A model generated the notes under the pieces. The model had not been told where the DNA came from, did not search any database, and saw nothing but the letters and a program-made list of their open reading frames with translations. Shown piece after piece: positions 54,797 to 64,000 of a DNA stretch of 64,000 bases. Numbering within the stretch: the stretch's first letter is position 1; the number at the start of each line of letters is the position of its first letter. The DNA is from Eledone cirrhosa (taxonomy: Eukaryota): contig OZ024747.1 in NCBI GenBank assembly GCA_964016885.1, positions 86,056,001-86,120,000 on the forward strand. Direction: 5' to 3'. Made by a program: the position numbers and the translations under genes.

Positions 54797-56027
54797 TTAA
54801 CTGTATACTTTGTGAAAAGTTCTATGGAATTTATGGAGGCAGATGGAAAACAAATCCGAGCGTCTATTTATTATGGATTCTAGGTTAGAGATAATGGTAA
54901 ATTTTTCATTTAGGCAGAGATTACAGATTTTAGATAGAGAACTGTTCAAGTACGAGGATGCAGAAGAAATCTTTTTCCAAAAGATGTTATATTTAATGTT
55001 TTTGTCTTTTAAGGACCATATGAGTTCTGAGAGAGCAGTGTTAGTTCTTTTAAGTTTGTATTTGAAAGATGAATGATGATTATAGAGACGAGCTTTAAAA
55101 GAGGTGGAAGTGGAGCCAAAATAGGTGAAGGAGTTGGTGCTAGTTATAATTTTACATTCATAAATTAAGTTTTTATCGAGGCAATGGTTGTTGAGAGGAC
55201 ATTTATTTTTAATGCGGCAGTTGCAATTAGAGAGATTATTAATGAGTGATCTAGTGTTATCTATAGAAGGAATTGGATTGGAGAAGTTGTTTGCGATAGG
55301 AATAATAGGAATAATAGTTTCTTGATTTAGAGTTGGATTATGAACATTTAGCGAAGTTGTGTTTGACGTTGCATTTGGGTTTACAGAAGTTAGCCTAGGG
55401 TTTACAATGACGTCAGGAGTACTATTATTGTTATTATGAGATTCAATATTGGAAGGAAGAGATTTAGTATTTAATATTTTGTTGTTGTGTTTAGAAATGA
55501 TGTTGGAAATATTGGAGGATGTAGAATACGAAAATTTAATGGTGTGTTTGTTAAATATTTTACTATAGATATGTGAGGGAGGGAAGCATTTATTTAAGGC
55601 ACTAAAAAATAATTTAGGAATATTGTTATTAATAGAGATGGAGAAAGGAGCATTATACCAGATTATGTTTTTGTATCTAGGTCTTTTATTAAAATTATTG
55701 GAATGGTTATGATTAAATATTCTACTGTAAGTTTTCCTAGAATTTGTTTCTTTATTATATTTGATTTTATCTGGATAGCCAGCTTTAGAAAGTGCGTTAT
55801 TATAGTAATTGGCGTTAGCATCAAAGATGTTTTTATTAGAAGATATGTTAGATATTCTATTTCCAATATTATTAACTATAGCATTCTTGATATTGGTAGG
55901 ATGGTTAGATTTAAAGTTAACATAATTAAGATTCTCATTGTTTTTATGGTAAGGGTAATATAGGCCAGTGTCAAGATTAAGAGATACATCCAAGAAATTA
56001 GCTAGTTTGGTACTATTATCAAATTCA

Positions 56028-56033
<6 letters not shown>
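54797..56033 (-). pseudogene. PLE RT C-terminus + GIY-YIG endonuclease (open frame, 5'-truncated)
   Basis: NFLDVSLNL, YVNFKSNHP, IIWYNAPFS, CNCRIKNKCPLNNHC, LIY..YFG, RLYNH, ICNLCLNEK, INRR, CLH. Confidence 0.92.
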
Positions 56034-56087
<54 letters not shown>

Positions 56088-56089
<2 letters not shown>

Positions 56090-56531
56090 GATATTAAATA
56101 AATGGAAACTATATTTATAAAACCATATTTATTTCATTATATATATATTTCAGGGATATCATATTAAAAATATGGTATGCCTTCATCAGACAAAATACAA
56201 TATAAACAGTCTTATAAATAGATAGATTTGACATACCTTACAACTTCAACTTCCATTTAAAAAGTTGATTTGGAAGTTAAATGGAAGTTGAAGTTGTAAG
56301 GTATGTCAAATCTATTTATTTATAAGACTGTTTATATTGTATTTTGTCTGATGAAGGCATACCATATTTTTAATATGATATCCCTGAAATATATATAATG
56401 AAATAAATATGGTTTTATAAATATAGTTTCCATTTATTTAATATCGTAAATATACTCCAAATACTTGTTGAGTGCTTTTATATCAGTTATAAATATTTAC
56501 TCGTTGTAACCCAACAATTTAAATAAAACTT

Positions 56532-56536
<5 letters not shown>
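56088..56536. mobile_element. Family A palindrome with two hammerheads
   Basis: ~170-bp inverted arms centred ~56270; CTGATGA-type cores at 56130-56197 (-) and 56340-56405 (+). Confidence 0.85.
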
Positions 56537-56566
<30 letters not shown>

Positions 56567-56568
56567 GC

Positions 56569-56762
56569 ATGCATCCGTGAGTTTTATATTGAATAATAAT
56601 AATATTATAATAATATCATTACTATTCGATTCGTTAGCAAGCAAACAGCCTCATAACTCTATGTATTTTAGACGACTTTCGTCATCCTTTTGTTCTAGAG
56701 GTAGCAAACGAATCGAATATTAATGATATTATAATTATTCGATACAAACCTCACGAATGCAT
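56569..56762. repeat. Inverted repeat with ~60-70-bp arms
   Basis: atgcatccgtgag...tattcgattcgtt / aacgaatcgaata...ctcacgaatgcat. Confidence 0.7.
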
Positions 56763-56773
56763 TTATGTATCCG

Positions 56774-56843
<70 letters not shown>

Positions 56844-57002
56844 GTATATATAATAGAAATAGGATTTCGCTTCAAGCATAGCTTTATACAAATATGTATA
56901 GAAATTGCGTATTTCTAAAGAAATACAGTTTTAGGAAGCCGTAGTTGTGCAAACACCGGGGCTAACGCCCTCTGGTAGTGTCCAGCAGATGCAAAGGGGA
57001 CA

Positions 57003-57046
57003 ACCGTCTATGCATTTCAGGTTTGACTGGCCTTCATCAGGACGAT
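57003..57046 (-). ncRNA. Minimal type I hammerhead ribozyme
   Basis: atcgtc-CTGATGA-agg ccagtcaaa cct-GAAA-tgca-TA-gacggt; palindromic AUGCAU stem III. Confidence 0.88.
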
Positions 57047-57134
57047 CCCTCCCACCGTTTGCAACTGTTGGACTTGAGAACAGTCGAGATTATAGAGTTT
57101 TCTCGTCTGTGTAAATGAGGTGATTAATCTCATT

Positions 57135-57249
<115 letters not shown>

Positions 57250-57372
57250 TTGTATGAATGGTTATATACAATTTATGTGAGTATGAAGCATATATCTTCA
57301 TCATTTCACATCCACTTTTTCATGGTGGCATGGATATATATATATAGCGAACCATGTCAATGTTCTTTCTTG

Positions 57373-57510
<138 letters not shown>

Positions 57511-58393
57511 ATGCCCCCATGAAAATGTGGATGTGAAATGAAGATATATATATATATATATATATACTTGTGTATAATGTTAGCTATGGTACTTCCATAG
57601 GCGGTATGGCAAAATTAGCACTCAATATTCACCAGAGTAGAGTGTAGATAGTATAAAGAAAACGAAAAATCAGTGATGCATCTGGACTCAATGTATTGCT
57701 GTTACAATTGTTTCGCCGGCAGGTAGTCGAGACGTGGTCCCTGTATAGATCTGGCTGATTCTACGGCTGCAGGTTCCTTCAGACACGGGTAGTTCGTTCG
57801 GAGCAAATTTTATCACTGGGGTGTTATTATAAAAAAAAACACCTTCAAAAAAACTTCTTTCACTCTTGTCATGCCATTGGCTGTTGTTACTCCACGTCAT
57901 CTTAAGTTCTGGTCACTATTTACTGCTACACCGGTCATAAGCCATTTTCCGTCCGACATACTTCAATGGAGTCATGCTGGGTTCGGTATCTCACACGTCT
58001 GTTCACACTCCAGAGCATGCACCCACACATACAAATACACACACATATATACACACAGAGGCAGACACAGACACATGCGTGCATACACACATATACGCAT
58101 ACATGCGTAGACACACACACCCACACATATATATATATATACACACACACTCACCTTCACTTCCACAGACACAGGCACACCCACTTCTAGATACAGACCG
58201 CCACACGCCTATTATTATTATAAGTCGCGCCATATATCCGGTCCGACAGGTACGCCCCACGTAAACATACACATATACACACACATACGCGCGCGCACAT
58301 ACCTACGCACAACCTTATATACATATAAATACACTCATACACACATATATACATACACACATATATATATATATACATATAAATATATATATA

Positions 58394-59353
58394 TAACGAA
58401 GGAAATGTGGTAAGGAACCAGATGGACCATAACGCACCAAAGTACTCAATACTTAGGGTAGTAGAGTGGGTAATAGGAACAAGTAGGACCCCGACGGCTG
58501 AGCTCAAGCTGTTTCGACGGCTAATTCTGGACTAAATGAACATTTTTAGCCTGGTAAATGAATAGCCGAACTTCTCAGGGGTAATTCCATATATGGTAAA
58601 GGTGATTGTCACAAGGATTGGTCAAAAGTTTGTTGTTAAGACACATGATTCTATCATGGCATTTTGTGGAAGGTAGGTGTAGCTGAACTAGCCAGTAGAA
58701 GAAAGAGGGAAAGGAGTGGAGGAAACCCAGTCAAGCGTTGAAAGTGAAAACTACAGCAGATTCTAAGGATAGTGTATAGAAGGTCGAAAAAAGTATACTA
58801 GAGAAGGTGGGGTGTTGAAACAATAAGTAAATCTAAATGGAGTAAATATATAAAAAATATAAAAAATATAAAAAATATAAAAAATATAAAAAATATAAAA
58901 AAAATATATTAAAAAATATATTTAAAAAAAACAATTTCTGGTTACTAGCCTCCTTCCACAATCATCAAATCTCTCACTGGTACTGCTAAGCTATAGAAAA
59001 GTTTAATAGGTGGGAAGGAATACTAAATACGAGATTATAGTGAAAGAATTTTATGAGGCCATCATTACAGGGGTCTACCACCACTACAATAGTTAGTAGT
59101 AATCGGCCAAAGCTATCTTACACTATCCTTAGAATCTGCTGTAGTTTTCACTTTCAACGCTTGACTGGGTTTCCTCCACTCCTTCTCCCTCTTTCTTCTA
59201 CTGGCAAGTTCAGCTACCCCTACCTACCACAAAATGCCATGATAGAATCATGTGTCTTAACAACAAACTTTTGACCAATCCTTGTGACAATTTAGTCCAT
59301 AATTAGCCGTCGCAACGGCTTGAGCTCAGCCGTCGGGGTCCTACTTGTTCCTA
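58394..59353. mobile_element. Family B fold-back nested in the family F element
   Basis: 58606-58775 is the reverse complement of 59120-59291, and 58473-58535 of 59291-59353; near-complete hammerhead at 58488-58582 (-). Confidence 0.8.
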
Positions 59354-59441
59354 TATATATATATATATACACATACACACACATGCATACAAAATACACA
59401 TACGTATACAAAATTACATACACACATACATACCCCCCCCC

Positions 59442-59487
<46 letters not shown>

Positions 59488-59960
59488 AACAAACACTACA
59501 TGCATACGCACACCCACACATATACATACATATATACATCTACATATACATACGCACACCGACTGCCACATGCCGAAACCTGCACATATACATATTTGGT
59601 TACACACACATGTTTCCACATATACATATATAAACAAAACCGTAAAATAAAAATACATTATATAATAGAAAACACAATATACCATAAATAACGGTAAAAT
59701 AACAACATAAAATATCAATATAGTATACAATATAATATATATATATCTATATATACATGCACACACATTCATACATACATATACGGATATATACAATGGA
59801 TATATGATAAAATAATAAAAATAATAGTAATAATATAATGTATATATAATCCATATATAATCATCCGTACACATTCTAGTGAGATGTATATAAACATATA
59901 GATGTATACACAAATACACATACACATATATAGAGGCCCACATTTGCATACACCCGCACC

Positions 59961-59999
<39 letters not shown>

Positions 60000-60203
60000 G
60001 CACCCACATACACACACGTACTCATACGTAGCTATACGTACACACACACACATATATATATATATATAAATATATATTTATATATATATATATACACACT
60101 CTGCCACATACGTACATACATGTACATGCATGCACACACACGCGCTCATAAGCTCATGCATATACGTACACATGCCCATATACACACCCCCATACACACC
60201 CAC

Positions 60204-60240
<37 letters not shown>

Positions 60241-60756
60241 CACACACACATACATATACCTACGCACAGGTCTACACATAAAAACACCCAAATATAAACA
60301 CAATAGGATAATAAAATAAAATAAATAAATTTACAATATTTCAGAATACATTAAAATCTGTATGTAACTTCACAAATAGATACATAAAAAAAGTGGTAAA
60401 TAAAAAACGGGGGGGGGGTACAGGAGAAGGTGCGTGTATCCATGTGATATACTACACACAGGTAGTATGAGGTGCAAACTTGGGTCCGTATATAGAACAA
60501 GTAACAGTAACAGAACAATAATAGTACAATAATGACAGTAATAATCATTGTTCCAAAGTGGAACATGTGGAGAGTATATAGTCATGATTGACGGGGTACA
60601 CATTCAAGGGGACGCCCGGCCCGGTCGCCATGGGGCATGGCACCGTGGCTGGGATGTACTGTTCTATATGTTTGGGGTATCGGACCGGGCGGCCATGGAC
60701 CTCGTGTTAGCCGGTCCTGGCCCAGGCGATGTATCTGCCCAATGCTGTGTGTTCGG

Positions 60757-61624
60757 TCAGGTGCGCCCCTGGTTTCCATATGTTTGCCTTACGGGTCTCA
60801 TAATGTCATCGGGGCTGGCGTTAGGTCCCCTAATCCCGTTGGGCCGTTTGGGTCTGTGCGTATCCGTTCCCATGCCCCGACCTGCGCCACCCGGAGGATT
60901 CCATGCTGAAAATGGACATCTTCTTTGGTGTCTGCAGGTCATGATAATTTCAGACTTCAGGTTGACCGCGTCATCTTTCAGTCTGACTATCTCCATGGCC
61001 TCGTGTAGGCATAATCGGCACTTTCTACTTCCGGCCGAATATGCCCTCGCATGGCGAACGATACTCCATTCCAGGGCGTACGGAGTGCCTTGGTCTTTCA
61101 GGTCCCACACCAGGTCCGCTAACCTAGTGGAGTGCCTTTTGCTGCGGTCCCTGAAGGAATTCGTGTGATTATACATCCGCGATTTAAAGGTCGTGGATGT
61201 TGCGCCGATGTAGGTACGATGCGCGTTTTGGGTTGTAACCACACACTTCTATATTAAGTCCTTCATCAGGCATTTTCCCTGTAGGAGGCACTGGGTGCCC
61301 GCTCTGCAGTTACAAGTTCTGTTGTCAGTTCTTACGCATCCGATGTCCGGGTCTCGATCTGTTATGGCCCTCTCAAGGTTCTCAGGGTGTTGTTCCGCCG
61401 ACACCGTTGTCTCCCCCATGCCATTATTTCCCTCTCAGCATTGGACCACATCACCCTCCGCGGGCGCTCTGGTCGCCTCGGGGGCCGAGTTGTCATTTGA
61501 GGGCCGGTCCCTTGGTGGTTCTCCGCGCTCCGAAAGACGGTCATTCTGTCGCCGCGGTTGACGGCCAGTGTGCGCCATCTTCACCGCGTTAGTTTTAGCC
61601 ATGTCGTCGGCCATGTTAGGTGGT
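60757..61624 (-). pseudogene. PLE GIY-YIG endonuclease remnant (GC-rich)
   Basis: CNCRAGTQCLLQGKCLMKDLI*KCVV..YIGATSTTFKSRMYNH..LADLVWDLK..CRLCLHE..VNLKSE..CRH. Confidence 0.9.
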
Positions 61625-61921
61625 GTATGCACGCATGTGTCTGTGTCTGCCTCTGTGTGTATATATGTGTGTGTATTTGTATGTGTGGGTGCATGCTCTG
61701 GAGTGAACAGACGTGTGAAATACCGAACCCAGCATGACTCCATTGAAGTGTGTCGGACGGAAAATGGCTGATGACCCGTGTAGCAGTAAATAGTGACCAG
61801 AACTTAAGATGACGTGGAGTAACAAGAGCCAATGGCATGACAAGAGTGGAAGAGGTTTTTTTGAGGTGTTTTTTTTTATGATAACACCCCATTGATAAAA
61901 TTTGCTCCGAACGAACTACCA

Positions 61922-62010
61922 GTGTCTGAGGGAACCTGCGGCCGTAGAATCAGCCAGATCCATACAGGGACCATGTCTCGAACTACCTGCCGGCGAAACA
62001 ATTGTAACAC
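61922..62010 (+). ncRNA. Variant hammerhead (family F); partner at 57699-57786 (-)
   Basis: gtgt-CTGAGGG(A)-long stem II-GAAAC-aatt-GTA-acac. Confidence 0.55.
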
Positions 62011-62056
62011 GCAATAAATTGAGTCCAGATGTATCACTGATTTTTCGTTTTCTTTA

Positions 62057-62107
<51 letters not shown>

Positions 62108-62496
62108 CTTCTCTTTCTGATTTACATTTATTTTTATTTTTAACTTTATTTTTACTTCACATCCACCAGTGACCCCCTGCTTTTTGATTCACTTACTTTA
62201 TATCTTCACAATTTTACATATTTTACTTCCCCATTTTCTTTCACTACCTGATACCACATGTCACTTGCGTTTTCAAGTCCAGATATATTCTGTTGTCTCT
62301 TAGCCACTTTTATGTATGCTTACTTGCGTATAATTTGTACTCATTTATTCATACGGCTGGTTTTTATATTGTATCTATGCGTGTGGGCGTGCATGTGTGT
62401 GTATGCGTGTTTGTATATGTATACGAATGCATTCGTATGTGCGCGTATGTGTGTATATGTGTGTATGTGTTTTTATATCTATGTTTTTTACATACT

Positions 62497-62544
<48 letters not shown>

Positions 62545-63360
62545 CGTATATGTATATATTTATATATATGTATGTATGTGTATGTATATGTGTATATATA
62601 TATAGTCACGTGCGTGTGATTAGATGTACATGTACGTATATATATATATGTGCTTCGTGTGTATGTATGTGCGCCTTTGTATGTGTGTACGCTTGTATGT
62701 GCTTTTGTCGGTACGTATTTATATATTTATATTAATATATGTGTGTATGTACGAACCTATATATGTGTTATATTTTTTCTAGTGTTACTTTATAATTGAT
62801 AACCCCTCCCTCTTACTTTCTCTTTGATTTAATTTTTTTATTCTCATATATTTTTTCCTTTTTCATTTTCATATATTTATCGACCTTCAGCCTGACACTG
62901 CTTTGACTGATACACTCCCTTCCCTGTATATATCACTTGCATGTATGTGGTTGCGCGTGCGTGTGTGTTTATACGCGTGCTTTCATACTTGTATGTGTAT
63001 ATATCTAAATCCTTAGTACCTGAGTCAAATCCTTAGTACCTGAGTCTGGATATACGTTAACTCTATTTCTTTTTCAACATATATTATATACGTATTTGTG
63101 GTCACACATACACTGATATACTTGCCCTCATATATGTACTTACGCACACATTTTTTTCACTATACACATGCATTTGTACATACACACATATTTACATTTG
63201 TGAGTGAATATACACACATTTATACACATACCCTAACTATATTTCCTCATTTTATTTTTTTCTATATCTCTTGCATTGCTTTCATTTATATACTTTTTTG
63301 TCCGTTAAACTTTTGCCTTTCTTGAGGAGATTCTTCAAATATTTCACTATGTTTTAAATT

Positions 63361-63440
63361 GCCTTTTCTGACGAACGAATGAGGACGTTTCTTGTATTCG
63401 TCTTATTCGGGAAATCTCTGGTAATGAGATAATTATATTG
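63361..63440 (+). ncRNA. Hammerhead-like motif with weak stem I
   Basis: CTGACGA-11-bp stem II-GAAA-tctc tggtaat gaga-TA. Confidence 0.45.
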
Positions 63441-63465
63441 TATTGTTTATTATATATATATATAT

Positions 63466-63517
63466 AGGAACAAGTAAGACCCCGACGGCTGAGCTCAAGC
63501 CGTTTCGACGGCTAATT
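63466..63517 (-). mobile_element. Family B terminal fragment
   Basis: ataggaacaagtaagaccccgacggctgagctcaagccgtttcgacggctaatt. Confidence 0.75.
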
Positions 63518-63565
63518 CTATAATATAATATAATATATATATATATATAATATATATATATATAA

Positions 63566-63740
63566 TTGTTTCTACTTTTGGCACAAGGCCAGCAATTATC
63601 ACTGCATTACTGGTGCTTTATTTTATCGACCCCGTAAGGATGAAAGGCAAAGTTAACCTCGGCGGGTTTTGAACTCAGAATGGCAACTCTTTGCGTCAAA
63701 GCATGGCGTCCGACCCTCTACCGATACTGCCAATCCACCA
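63566..63740 (-). mobile_element. SINE fragment
   Basis: ttttatcgacccc..aaggatgaaaggcaaagt..acctcggc..tttgaactcag; related piece at 51805-51845 (+). Confidence 0.6.
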
Positions 63741-64000
63741 TTATAATATATATATATAATATATATATATATATATTTCAAATGTTAGAAGAAAATGACA
63801 ATCTACTGCACTCTATACGACACCACGATACACACCACACAACACAACACACTACCACTTTTAATAGATAGAATGTCACACGTTCACCTATATTCCTGTC
63901 AATGAACCCAGTGATGAACTATGTGTGTTATATGTGTAATATGTGCGAGAGACTGAACATTCAGTTGGTGAATAAACCAACCAAAGAAAATAAATAAATA

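Larger units (their letters stand above)
53349..56033 (-). mobile_element. 5'-truncated Penelope-like element (second family)
   Basis: RT-thumb + GIY-YIG ORF, ~1.45-kb 3' region with internal duplications, hammerhead near the 3' end, (TA)n on both sides. Confidence 0.9.
57569..62061 (-). mobile_element. 5'-truncated Penelope-like element (family F) with an inverted 5' repeat
   Basis: 57648-58087 is the reverse complement of 61624-62061; encloses a GIY-YIG remnant; hammerhead-like motif in each arm. Confidence 0.85.

Noticed and set aside
61245-61255. In-frame stop in the GIY motif as selenocysteine recoding
   Set aside because: It is TAG at a Tyr position, not TGA at a Cys
61263-61269. CTGATGA on the minus strand as a hammerhead core
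   Set aside because: Lies in the endonuclease coding sequence (CLMK) with no GAAA/stem arrangement

Overview
Eukaryotic, AT-rich, microsatellite-saturated DNA ((TA)n, (CA)n, (TATG)n, (CT)n). The repeat content resembles coleoid cephalopod (Octopus-like) genomes; this is an inference. No host protein-coding gene is recognisable, and nearly all ORF-track entries are microsatellite artefacts. The window holds an ~11.6-kb 27-bp satellite with a higher-order duplication, RTE and Ingi/Vingi-like LINE fragments, a decayed mariner, a non-autonomous Helitron, SINEs and MITEs. The dominant hidden signal is a dense set of Penelope-like elements (PLEs). Three distinct families retain RT and/or GIY-YIG coding remnants, and there are many non-coding fold-back derivatives. 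Their terminal repeats carry type I hammerhead ribozymes (CUGANGA...GAAA...UH), found by eye in about 10 unrelated sequence families on both strands. One family is a ~438-bp non-coding, tandem/circularly permuted hammerhead unit that looks like a retrozyme. The fold-backs share one architecture: an inverted pair in (TA)n in which only one arm keeps a ~60-110-nt 3' tail. All folds and alignments were done by eye, and coordinates of degenerate elements are approximate.
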